From Candidatus Latescibacterota bacterium (GTDB taxonomy: Bacteria; Latescibacterota; UBA2968; GCA-2709665): a DNA stretch of 64,000 bases. Both the position numbers and the translations under genes were made by a program. Positions 9,072 to 18,153 of the stretch are shown piece by piece (the first letter of the stretch is position 1; each line of letters starts with the position of its first letter). A model generated the notes under the pieces. The model saw only the letters and a list, made by a program, of their open reading frames with translations, made no database searches and was not told where the DNA came from. Location: contig CBDDDZ010000004.1 of the NCBI GenBank assembly GCA_965226795.1, positions 288,001 to 352,000 on the forward strand, read 5' to 3'.

Positions 9072-10468
9072 ATATCCCCCCGCTGTTCAACTGACGTTTC
9101 CACGGCGTCGTACGTTGCGGACTCGTAGAGCTTTCGCAAAGGACTGAGCAGCATCAGCAAGACCGATTGACGGTCGGTCATGATTTCCGCCGTTCCCCTC
9201 ATGCCGAAAAGCAGTGGCTTTTGCTGTCCCTTTACGGCCATGGTGGTTTCTTCCAATTCAACAACAGCCCTGAAGATCGGCCCGACACTCTCGTCGATGA
9301 CGGCATCGGGGGAGAGTTGTCTGAGCCACCCGCGTTTGATGCCAAAGTCCTGAAATGCAAACGCGTCGTATTTCAGTTTGACTATCTGTCCGGGTTTAAG
9401 CAGGCCCACGTCCCTGTTCAATACAGTGAGTTCGGCAACCATAGGAGCGGAGGTCGGCGCCACCGAAACCAACGCCTGACCCTTACTGATCACCTGTCCC
9501 AGGGTGTTCACCATTACCTGCGTTACCATGCCCGGCTCCGGCGCCAGAATCAGGTCCGATTCGGCTTCCAACTGTCGATCGACGCGTTTACGCGCCTGTT
9601 CCAATCTCAATCGCGCGGTTTCATACGCGTGTTTCATCTGCTGCGCCTCACGCCCGTGGGCGATGCGAGCCTCGAGAATCTGCCGCTGGAGATCCTGGAC
9701 AGCCGTTTCGTTCTTGTAGATTTCCGACATGCGTCCCGGAAGCGCCGCCAGGGCGCTGAGGTACCGAACGCGCGCGCGATTAATATCCACGCGGCTGATC
9801 AGCTTGCGCTCAAACAGCATTTTCTGCTGCAGGTAATCCTGTTTCAAGTGGTCGATCTCAGCCTGGCGAAAGCCGATTTGTGCCTGCAACTCAGCGTCCG
9901 AAGCGCTCCTTCCCGCGGCCGCGACGTCACCCACGTCCGCGTGGTAATCCTGCAAGGCGTTCTGATGGGCCACCATGAACCGCTCCAGAACAGACAGTCT
10001 TTTTTCCATTGACGCGATGGTTTTCCGGTTCAATTCCGTCCTCTGGGGCAATACCCGTTGAAGATCGTACTCGGCCTTTTGAAACGCCATTTCCGTCTGT
10101 TCCAGTTCTCGAAGGTCTCCCCAGGTTTCCCATGACTTCAGTTTAAACAGCAATTGGCCTTCTTCGATCCGATCGCCTTCGCTGACGCCGATATGCTCGA
10201 TTTCACCGCCTCGACGGGCCTGAAGTGTCTTCACCTTGCCCAGAGGCACTAATCGGAAGGGCGCCGATGCCACCACGTCCACCTTGCCCCGCCACGCCCA
10301 AGCCACCGCGATTCCTACAAAGAGCAGAACGAGATAAAGCAACGCTCGCCCCCAGAACGGCCTCAGAGACCCCACGAACGCCTGCATCTCTTCCGCACCG
10401 TCGTCCCGTCCCGGGAGAATGACTGGCGTCGCTGCTGCCGACGGCTTTGTTAGTCTGGGTTCCGCCAT
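9068..10468 (-). CDS. HlyD family periplasmic adaptor (type I secretion)
   Basis: N-terminal TM, coiled coil, ILAPEPGMV, VKLKYDAFAFQDFG, GMRGTAEIMTDRQS. Confidence 0.92.
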   Translation of the reverse strand: MAEPRLTKPSAAATPVILPGRDDGAEEMQAFVGSLRPFWGRALLYLVLLFVGIAVAWAWRGKVDVVASAPFRLVPLGKVKTLQARRGGEIEHIGVSEGDRIEEGQLLFKLKSWETWGDLRELEQTEMAFQKAEYDLQRVLPQRTELNRKTIASMEKRLSVLERFMVAHQNALQDYHADVGDVAAAGRSASDAELQAQIGFRQAEIDHLKQDYLQQKMLFERKLISRVDINRARVRYLSALAALPGRMSEIYKNETAVQDLQRQILEARIAHGREAQQMKHAYETARLRLEQARKRVDRQLEAESDLILAPEPGMVTQVMVNTLGQVISKGQALVSVAPTSAPMVAELTVLNRDVGLLKPGQIVKLKYDAFAFQDFGIKRGWLRQLSPDAVIDESVGPIFRAVVELEETTMAVKGQQKPLLFGMRGTAEIMTDRQSVLLMLLSPLRKLYESATYDAVETSVEQRGDM

Positions 10469-10495
10469 CAGATCGGCTCCTGGTCTGCCGGAGGT

Positions 10496-13400
10496 TCAGA
10501 CCACCTGCAACTGCTGGCTGCACATGTGATAGTAAAGTCCCTGGCCCACCATCAGCTCTTCGTGCGTGCCCATGTCGACGATATGGCCCTTTTCCAGTAC
10601 AACAATCGTGTCCGCATCCCTCACGGTGCTCAAACGATGGGCGATGACGAGAGCCGTACGATTCTCAAGGAATAGCGCCAGATTGGACTGAATCGCACCT
10701 TCCGAGTCCGTATCCAGCGCATTTGTCGCCTCGTCGAAAATCAGTATCTTCGGATCGCGATACAGCGCCCGAGCGATCGCGATCCGTTGCCGCTGCCCGC
10801 CGGACAATCCAATTCCCTGTTCGCCCACCTTCGTCTCGTATCCCAAAGGCATATCGCTTACGAAATCCTGGACGCAGGCCAGTCTGGCAACTTCCAGGAG
10901 CCTGTCCAAATCCGCGTCAGGTTCGCCGACCGCGATGTTCTCCGCAATGGTGCCGCTGAACAGAAACGAGTCCTGCATAACCATGCCCACCTGGCGGCGC
11001 AGCCAGTGAGGGTCGAAATCGCGCACATCCATCCCGTCCAGGAGCACACGCCCTTCCGAGGGATCGAACAGGCGGGGCACCAGCTTTACGAGCGTGGTCT
11101 TTCCCGCGCCGCTGCGGCCGACAATGGCGACCTTTCGGCCCGGTTCCAGTTCCAGCTCGATGTTGTTCAACACGTAGGGCTCGTCGGAACCGACGCCGTA
11201 CCTGAAAAACACACCGTCAAACACCAGGCGGCCCTCGACCCGCTTCAGTCTCAGGCCGTGTCCGCGTTGGCGCGCATCCTCCATCTTCGATTCGTAGACG
11301 TCATTCAGCCTGTCCAATGCGACCCGGGCTTCCTGGACCTCCGGCCACACGCCGATCAGTCCCATAATGGGTCCCATCACATTGCCGATGAGGGCGTTGA
11401 AAGCCATCAACTGCCCCACCGACAACTCCCCTTTGATAACCAGGGAGGCGCCATACCACAATATCACCGTGGAACTCAAGAGATTGATCATACTTCCGCC
11501 CGCGCCGAACAACATCTCCATTTTCAGCCGCCGAAACCCGATCTGAACTTCCCTCGTAAACTTGCCCTCCCACTGCCATCTCGTAACCCGCTCGACGGCT
11601 TCGGCTTTCACCACGTCAATGCCATGCAGCGAGTCGATCAGAACGGACGACTGTTCCGCGCGGGCAAGAAATGCGCGCTGGCTGAAGGACTTCAGAATCG
11701 GGGTATAGATCAGCGTCAAGCCCACGGACAGCGGCACGAATATCAACATCACGAGCGTCAATTCCCAGTTGTAGTAGAACATCAGCCCTAGATAGACGAA
11801 CAACATGATAAAGTCGAGTATCGCCGAGACGGTCGTGTCCGTAAAGAGACGCTGAATCGTGGCATTTTCCTTGAACCGCGTGGTCAGATCGCCGGTGCGG
11901 CGCAGCGCGAAAAACCGCATGGACAGGCCCAGCAGATGCCGGTAGAAGCGGGACAGCATGGTCAGACTCAACCGGGCGCTCATATACCCTATTAAATACG
12001 CGCGCAACGTCGAGGTACCCATTTGAAACAGTGCCACGACCACCATGCCCGCCAGCATCAGGTTCAGGAGACCCTTATCGTGATGAACCAGAACCTGGTC
12101 GACGATTGTCTGTGTGAAAATAGGCGAGGCAAGGCCGAATAAACTGAGCACGAGGGACGCCAGCAGCACCTCGATCAGAATTGCCGTATAGGGCTTGATC
12201 AATGGGAAGAATCGTTTGAAGGAAGACCTGGAGGGTTCATTCTCGGCCACCTGATCCGTGTACTCCAGCAGCAACGCCATGTTGGTCCAGCTTTTCTCGA
12301 ATTCCGGACGTTTCAACCTGCGAAGGCCCAAACCGGGATCCGCGATTTTCACATCCTTTTTGGTGATCTCATACAACACCACGAAATGGTTGCCCTCCCA
12401 GTGCAGAATCGCCGGCAGTCCGGTCCGGATCAGCGCTTCATAGCCCGTGCGCACGCCCCGCGTGACAAACCCCAGCGTCTCCGCCGCCTCGGCCAATGCC
12501 GCCATCGACGTGCCGTCCTTCGACACGTTGCACATATCGCGCAACCTGTTCAACCCCAACGGCAACTTGTAGTACTTGCAGATCATACCCAGACACGCAG
12601 CGCCGCAATCGGACTGGTCGTGCTGCTTCAGGAATGGAAAACGAAACGACGTGGGCGCGCCTTGTCCACCCCCATCCGTATCGCTATCCCCGGTACTGGA
12701 TGCCGGTCCATTCATCTCCGCGACGTTGTTCCCGTCCGTCCCTCCCGCCGGCACACGAAATCCCCCGGGTTTCGTCTCGGGAGACAGCGACCCGTCCGTT
12801 CCCTGATCCAGGTGTAATCGCCGGGCTATCTCCGGTAAGGACGCTAATTCAGGAATTGCATATATGAAGCTATCGAGTTCGTGTTTATCCAAATAATAGA
12901 TAACGCAATCTTGCTGGCTGCGGATCGTCCGTTGCTCGCCATCTGAGGAATCCGTATCCTCGAAAAAATCGCCCGTGACTAAATTCAGCGCACTGCCGTC
13001 CTCTGAGATCACTTCCAACCCGCCGCTGCCCACAAGGCAGAACCGCCCGCGCGAACGACCGGGTTCGGCTATCGTCGTTCCTTCCGCAACCTCTTCGCGC
13101 TTCAAACGCCCGAAGAGGTTGCGCATTGTCTTCCCGGACACAGACCCCTTCAGATAGCGGGTGAAGTTCCGGTATGCGATATTCTCAACCTGGTCCTGGA
13201 GATTTGCTTCCAGATCCGGTTCTTTCTTCAACACCTCGAAGAATTCATCCCGCGGCACCCGCATCACCCCGGAATCCTCAACCGCCCGCACGGTTGCCCG
13301 GTGACCGCGCCCCGTCAACAGCGCCCCTTCGCCAAAGTGATCTCCGGGATACAGATAGCCCAGCGTCTCCGAACGGCCGTCCGCAGCCTGTTTGATGACC

Positions 13401-13531
13401 CGCAACCGACCGGATTGAACGACGTAAAATGCGTCGCCAGTTCCGCCTTGATTAAAGATGACCGCCCCGAAGGGAAACCGGGCGGATTCTGACTGAATCT
13501 CATGTTGGGAAAACGGGGACGAGACGTCCAT
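10496..13531 (-). CDS. Peptidase-containing ABC exporter (cNMP-binding domains + C39 peptidase + TMD + NBD)
   Basis: GDHFGEGALL cNMP motif; QHDQSDCGAACL (catalytic Cys) and HWEGNHFVV (His); GRSGAGKT, LSGGQRQR, IFDEAT. Confidence 0.95.
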   Translation of the reverse strand: MDVSSPFSQHEIQSESARFPFGAVIFNQGGTGDAFYVVQSGRLRVIKQAADGRSETLGYLYPGDHFGEGALLTGRGHRATVRAVEDSGVMRVPRDEFFEVLKKEPDLEANLQDQVENIAYRNFTRYLKGSVSGKTMRNLFGRLKREEVAEGTTIAEPGRSRGRFCLVGSGGLEVISEDGSALNLVTGDFFEDTDSSDGEQRTIRSQQDCVIYYLDKHELDSFIYAIPELASLPEIARRLHLDQGTDGSLSPETKPGGFRVPAGGTDGNNVAEMNGPASSTGDSDTDGGGQGAPTSFRFPFLKQHDQSDCGAACLGMICKYYKLPLGLNRLRDMCNVSKDGTSMAALAEAAETLGFVTRGVRTGYEALIRTGLPAILHWEGNHFVVLYEITKKDVKIADPGLGLRRLKRPEFEKSWTNMALLLEYTDQVAENEPSRSSFKRFFPLIKPYTAILIEVLLASLVLSLFGLASPIFTQTIVDQVLVHHDKGLLNLMLAGMVVVALFQMGTSTLRAYLIGYMSARLSLTMLSRFYRHLLGLSMRFFALRRTGDLTTRFKENATIQRLFTDTTVSAILDFIMLFVYLGLMFYYNWELTLVMLIFVPLSVGLTLIYTPILKSFSQRAFLARAEQSSVLIDSLHGIDVVKAEAVERVTRWQWEGKFTREVQIGFRRLKMEMLFGAGGSMINLLSSTVILWYGASLVIKGELSVGQLMAFNALIGNVMGPIMGLIGVWPEVQEARVALDRLNDVYESKMEDARQRGHGLRLKRVEGRLVFDGVFFRYGVGSDEPYVLNNIELELEPGRKVAIVGRSGAGKTTLVKLVPRLFDPSEGRVLLDGMDVRDFDPHWLRRQVGMVMQDSFLFSGTIAENIAVGEPDADLDRLLEVARLACVQDFVSDMPLGYETKVGEQGIGLSGGQRQRIAIARALYRDPKILIFDEATNALDTDSEGAIQSNLALFLENRTALVIAHRLSTVRDADTIVVLEKGHIVDMGTHEELMVGQGLYYHMCSQQLQVV

Positions 13532-13617
13532 TATTTGTAACCCTGCCAGAAAATCGCACAGGTGGGAACTGTGCGTCCGGAATTCCGGATACTGAAATTA
13601 ACGGATAAGAAGCCATA

Positions 13618-13637
13618 ACATACTAAATATAGTATGT
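13618..13637. promoter_or_regulatory. Perfect inverted repeat upstream of the exporter operon (candidate operator)
   Basis: ACATACTA-aata-TAGTATGT in an AT-rich intergenic stretch ~90 bp upstream of the exporter ATG. Confidence 0.5.
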
Positions 13638-13832
13638 AAACAGGCATTGACCACAAAAAGCATTGATCCATCCAGAAGATCAGTTACGTGGTTGGCGCTG
13701 TAGCGATCTATGGCAAGAGAATCCCGATTCGGTAAATGCTCAATTGACGTCGTCTGTCACGTCGATTACAGCGAGCCATCTCTACACTACTTTAAAGGCG
13801 CCATCTGCCGGATCCTTCGGTTCCGGATGGGT

Positions 13833-14648
13833 TTAGCCAGTGTCCGCGCATTTGTCCGCCGGCAATATGCGGAAGCCGAGTTCCGACGGGTGATCGTGAA
13901 CGTATCTGTCATTCTCAAATCGGCGGACCTTGAAAAACAGCAGCACATCTCCGGCACAACCGCAGAACGTGAGACTGAAGAGCAATAGCGACCAGATCGC
14001 CGGGTCCCACCACAGTATCAAACCGGCGGCCGGTGTGGTCACAATCAGGGGCAAGAGCGCGAATACCCGGTAAACACCCACCGTCATGGGTCTGTCGACG
14101 TGACAATACAAGGCCACCCATCGCCTGAAGATTCCGAAGTGCAGCGATTGAATCGGAATCTTACCCCAGCACAGGGCGGCGAGACCGTGGAGTGCTTCGT
14201 GGAAGACATAGAAGGCGATCAGGTATCCTGGAAACTTCAGTAAATCGTTGAACGTCAGACGTATATCGATTTCCCGTGACAAGGCATCTCCTGCCAGGAT
14301 ACCACTTGCAAACGCAGTCCAGAACATGAGCATGAAAATTATGCCCACATCTTCTATATTGAGACCCACATCTATAGGTTTCTGCGCGTTGTTGCGATCC
14401 TCTTCCCCTGTTCCTGACGTGAAGATATCGCGTATGATCGACAGGAATCTGTCGCCATACGCACAGAGCGTCTTTCGTGACATCAAAAAGTACATCGACA
14501 TGCCGGTCAGGACGCCAATTGCTATCGCGTAGTCGAGATCAAGCACGTACCTGAGGATGAGCATGGCCGGCGCCACGGATAGCATCCCAAACAATGCGGC
14601 AGCGACAATAAGCCGTTTCCACGTTCCACCGAGACAGGCGTACATCAA
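13833..14648 (-). CDS. Membrane zincin-like metallopeptidase (DUF3267-like)
   Basis: VFHEALHG (HExxH), LYCH, ALLPL, GCAGD, VHDHPSELG; several TM helices. Confidence 0.78.
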   Translation of the reverse strand: MMYACLGGTWKRLIVAAALFGMLSVAPAMLILRYVLDLDYAIAIGVLTGMSMYFLMSRKTLCAYGDRFLSIIRDIFTSGTGEEDRNNAQKPIDVGLNIEDVGIIFMLMFWTAFASGILAGDALSREIDIRLTFNDLLKFPGYLIAFYVFHEALHGLAALCWGKIPIQSLHFGIFRRWVALYCHVDRPMTVGVYRVFALLPLIVTTPAAGLILWWDPAIWSLLLFSLTFCGCAGDVLLFFKVRRFENDRYVHDHPSELGFRILPADKCADTG

Positions 14649-14747
14649 CCAGAACCTCCGTTCATGGATACCTTGCCCCTTTTGGAGGGACAGTAGCGCG
14701 TACCGTAAGTTGCTCGTGCCGCGAGGCCAGATACAGTCGCCCAGCGT

Positions 14748-15602
14748 CTACCGGTCATCTTTATCAGCATCCGTAGTCACAGTTCCGTCCATGGTGTTGG
14801 CGTGTCCGCTCCTGGAAACGAGGTAGAACCACCACAATCCAAAGGCAGACACCAATGCCCCGGATACAATCCACCACCAGGGATTGAAAACCACAACATT
14901 CATGTCTTCTGAAACTGGGAAAAAAGGAACGTCAAAGTGTTGGATCGTCACTGCGATAAGGTTATGCAACGCATGTGCAAGAAGCGCGGGACAGAGAGAT
15001 CCCGTACGAATAACCCACCAGGCTAAGATGAAACCCCATATAACGGCGGGCGGAAGTTGCCAGGGATTAAGATGCCCCACACCAAACAATATCGCTGAGA
15101 ATACAACCGCGCGGGTCGGGGTGTAGTTATCCAGCAGACCACGTAAAATGACACTTCTATAAAGTAGCTCCTCGATCAACGGTGCTACGAAAACAACCAC
15201 GAACAGGGCGGATGAATAGGTTGTCTTTTGGCCGGCCGTCGATTGAAAGACATTTTGAAAAAAATCAGACATGGGAATTATGGATATGACGGCCTTGTCC
15301 AATTCATCAAGAACCACTCCCATGCCTGCCACCGATATTGCTACGCAGGGCCAAACGCGCCAATCAAAGTGTATGTTCATGAGTTGCGATATATCGTCCC
15401 ACGATCGATCAGTACGTCGAAAAATCCACATTAATAGAAGAAGGAATCCTACCAGTTGTAGCATACCAACCAGGAGGTTTTCCTCGTGCAAACGCTCGCC
15501 ATAGTTGAGCCGCACGATTGCGATGAGCACTCCCGCTCCAACTTGAATCAGAAGGAAGAAGATCAGCAAATAAACCGACTGTTTCAGATTGGGGAATATC
15601 AT
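14748..15602 (-). CDS. CPBP/Abi intramembrane metalloprotease, copy D
   Basis: MIFPNLKQ start; EELLYRS, FGVGHLNPWQ, AHALHN. Confidence 0.9.
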   Translation of the reverse strand: MIFPNLKQSVYLLIFFLLIQVGAGVLIAIVRLNYGERLHEENLLVGMLQLVGFLLLLMWIFRRTDRSWDDISQLMNIHFDWRVWPCVAISVAGMGVVLDELDKAVISIIPMSDFFQNVFQSTAGQKTTYSSALFVVVFVAPLIEELLYRSVILRGLLDNYTPTRAVVFSAILFGVGHLNPWQLPPAVIWGFILAWWVIRTGSLCPALLAHALHNLIAVTIQHFDVPFFPVSEDMNVVVFNPWWWIVSGALVSAFGLWWFYLVSRSGHANTMDGTVTTDADKDDR

Positions 15603-15847
15603 TCAACCATCCTCTCTTGAAGCTCTCTTGATCCGAATCTCCCCCATATGTCACATTGCATTACATTACGATCGACCAACCATGAATTGCAGAATGGCCA
15701 CTTCAGACTAAAGGAAAACAATGCGGTGAGTACGAAATCCAAAGCGTCCGGATTCTCTGCGATCGAATTTAGGCTAGACGGGGGCCGGTGCTATGCATTG
15801 CACCTGCTGCAAGCGCACACGCAACATATCAGTATTTACGAGTCTTT

Positions 15848-16690
15848 TCATTCAGCTTCTGGCGGCACGGATCCGGCCGCGGTATCGGGCTGGGTACTGT
15901 TCGTAACCTGATAAAACCACCATGATCCAAGAACAGCCGCTACAGCCCCGGTAAGTACCCACCACCACGGATTGAACGCTACAACATTCAAGTCTTCGGG
16001 AACCGCGAAGAATGGAATTTCAAAGTGGAAAAACGTTGTAAACAAAAGGTTGTTCAATGCATGTCCGACAACCGCCGGCAATAGTGATCCCGTCCGGATT
16101 ACCCACCAGGCCAATACGCCTCCGGCTATCAAGGCCGCGGGAAACTGCCATGGATTCAGATGACTCGCGCTAAACAAAATCGATGAACAGATAATCGCGT
16201 ACGTCCTGCTAGAATTCGCCAGCAGGCCACTCAAGACAATACCCCTGTAGAACAACTCTTCGACATACGGTGCGACGAAGGTTCCCCGAAACAGGGCAGA
16301 TGGAAAGGACGTTTCGCGCCCAACCGTCGATTGGAAGAAATCCTGGATAGTCTCCGGCATAGGAAATACCAATACTACGGCTTTGTTGAGTTCGTGAATG
16401 ACCACCACAATTCCGGCTATCGATATTGCAACGCAAGGCCATACGCGCCAGTCGAAGTGCGATTTCGCAGGTCGAAAAAAACTCACCCACCGTCGATCGG
16501 TCCGACGTGAAACGTAAGCGACAATAACAAGAAAAGCCGCGAATGCCGCCAGACCCGTTACATAGCTGTTATCTCCAAGGGATTCCCCGCTGATCGACTC
16601 TACAACGGAGATGAACAATCCAATGCCGACCTCCAGCAGCAAGAGCAGGGCCGTCAGCCAGATGGCCTGCCTCAAGTTCGGATACGCCAT
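15848..16690 (-). CDS. CPBP/Abi intramembrane metalloprotease, copy E
   Basis: MAYPNLRQ start; EELFYRG, FSASHLNPWQ, GHALNN. Confidence 0.9.
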   Translation of the reverse strand: MAYPNLRQAIWLTALLLLLEVGIGLFISVVESISGESLGDNSYVTGLAAFAAFLVIVAYVSRRTDRRWVSFFRPAKSHFDWRVWPCVAISIAGIVVVIHELNKAVVLVFPMPETIQDFFQSTVGRETSFPSALFRGTFVAPYVEELFYRGIVLSGLLANSSRTYAIICSSILFSASHLNPWQFPAALIAGGVLAWWVIRTGSLLPAVVGHALNNLLFTTFFHFEIPFFAVPEDLNVVAFNPWWWVLTGAVAAVLGSWWFYQVTNSTQPDTAAGSVPPEAE

Positions 16691-16774
16691 TTCAATTCCC
16701 TTTCCCTTTCTTACTTACGAACCGACGTAGTGCCTTGACTACAGAATATGGCGACGCGTAAATCCACGTTTACC

Positions 16775-16810
16775 GGGATAGAAGCACCTATTGCCGAGTG
16801 CTTCTATCCC
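16775..16810. terminator. 13-bp stem-loop between the precursor genes and CPBP genes
   Basis: GGGATAGAAGCAC-ctattgccga-GTGCTTCTATCCC; no clear U-tract, so it may be a stability or attenuation hairpin. Confidence 0.55.
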
Positions 16811-16842
16811 CCTAAATTACCGCGTGGACCGCCCGCTTCGTG

Positions 16843-17118
16843 CTACCTCTTGCAACTGCAGCGGCAACAACTTGATGGCTTCTCCTTATCGTCGTTAGTA
16901 GCCTCAGCTGTCAAGTAACCGGCAACGAAACCTTGAACGACAGGGACGACATACTTGGCCACTAACTTCACACCTTCGCGGATGAGTATCCCCCAACCTC
17001 CCTGTGTTTCTACCATCTGACGGCTTCCCAACAGTTCTTCGCGCGGTTGCAAGGGGTCGCAAGTTACAAACATGCGACCGGTTTCTGTAGTCATTGGATC
17101 TGTCAACGCATGTATCAT
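16843..17118 (-). CDS. Double-glycine-leader peptide precursor P1 (41-aa leader, 50-aa core with Cys-rich tail)
   Basis: RBS CAGGAGG; MIHALTDPMTTETGRMFVTCDPLQPREELLGSRQMVETQGG|WGILIREGVKLVAKYVVPVVQGFVAGYLTAEATNDDKEKPSSCCRCSCKR. Confidence 0.8.
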   Translation of the reverse strand: MIHALTDPMTTETGRMFVTCDPLQPREELLGSRQMVETQGGWGILIREGVKLVAKYVVPVVQGFVAGYLTAEATNDDKEKPSSCCRCSCKR

Positions 17119-17320
17119 GATGTCCTCCTGACGGATTAATTGAATTCCTTGCAATTCAAGAAATGATGTGCATCTCCCTTCACTGTTACGGTGTTTGTCC
17201 TCCGCTGTCAAGGGTTTTGAGGATTGTCGTGATTTCGTAAAGCGTCTATGTGTCGAGAACTCGTTCTGCACCTGGAAGCATAGCCGTACAACAGTCTTCT
17301 TCCGTTCCGAACACCAACCA

Positions 17321-17527
17321 TCAACGTGGTCTGGCCATGCGTTCGATAACTTCAGCGACAAGCCGCAGGGCGAAATTCACGTAACGCCCGAGTCGGTCAT
17401 CACCTGGAGGAACGAACCCACCTGAAGCATGCGCCATTTCACACCGCGCCAAGTTGGTTTCACGGCCGGGGAGTCGAGTGCACGTCACGGAGACCTCGGT
17501 TGGCGTGGTCAGAAATCGATCCGTCAT
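17321..17527 (-). CDS. Double-glycine-leader peptide precursor P2 (37-aa leader, 31-aa core)
   Basis: RBS AAAGGAGGTG; MTDRFLTTPTEVSVTCTRLPGRETNLARCEMAHASGG|FVPPGDDRLGRYVNFALRLVAEVIERMARPR. Confidence 0.82.
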   Translation of the reverse strand: MTDRFLTTPTEVSVTCTRLPGRETNLARCEMAHASGGFVPPGDDRLGRYVNFALRLVAEVIERMARPR

Positions 17528-17670
17528 TAAATCACCTCCTTTCTTCAACATTACAGCGGTTCGTAAGGATGTCGCGTGGACTTTGCTACCAGATTAACGA
17601 AGCCCACCCCATTAACAGCGGTGTTCGCTAAGAGGAATTGGTTGGCGAAGGTTCTGGCCCCCGGTCAATC

Positions 17671-17865
17671 CTAGTCTTCAAAGTAATCGACTATGGCCTC
17701 TGCAATTCTCTCGGCAATAAACCAGATCATAGGGCTCCTCCCAAGGGGTAAGAAACCACCAGATGTATTCCTCATCTCACGACGCGCCAGGGCGATTTCC
17801 TGTCCGGGGAGCTGAGCGCAGGTCACGGTGGCCTGCCCGGGTGTTGATAGAATATGATCGGTCAT
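17671..17865 (-). CDS. Double-glycine-leader peptide precursor P3 (37-aa leader, 27-aa core)
   Basis: RBS AAAGGATG; MTDHILSTPGQATVTCAQLPGQEIALARREMRNTSGG|FLPLGRSPMIWFIAERIAEAIVDYFED; leader homologous to P2. Confidence 0.82.
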   Translation of the reverse strand: MTDHILSTPGQATVTCAQLPGQEIALARREMRNTSGGFLPLGRSPMIWFIAERIAEAIVDYFED

Positions 17866-17949
17866 TTCGTCACATCCTTTCTACTTTTGCTGTGGGATGT
17901 CCTTGCGAATGTCTCAGTCACCATAGCTCGATGAAATACTCCTCGACAA

Positions 17950-18153
17950 CTACAGTACAGGACCTGAAGTGTCCGCTTCCGGTGGATTCGTGCCTAAATC
18001 TATGCCGAACAGATCCCGCAGGATGTCCCGCCAGCGTATACCTCCACCGGAGATACGTGCGATCTGCCCGTGGGTCAAGTCCTCCGTCCGGATGGGAAGC
18101 CGAGCCGGAATTCCGGACGAGTCCACAGGGCTTGATACAGTTCGTCTGTTCAT
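17950..18153 (-). CDS. Double-glycine-leader peptide precursor P4 (37-aa leader, 30-aa core)
   Basis: RBS AAAGGAGGTG; MNRRTVSSPVDSSGIPARLPIRTEDLTHGQIARISGG|GIRWRDILRDLFGIDLGTNPPEADTSGPVL. Confidence 0.75.
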   Translation of the reverse strand: MNRRTVSSPVDSSGIPARLPIRTEDLTHGQIARISGGGIRWRDILRDLFGIDLGTNPPEADTSGPVL

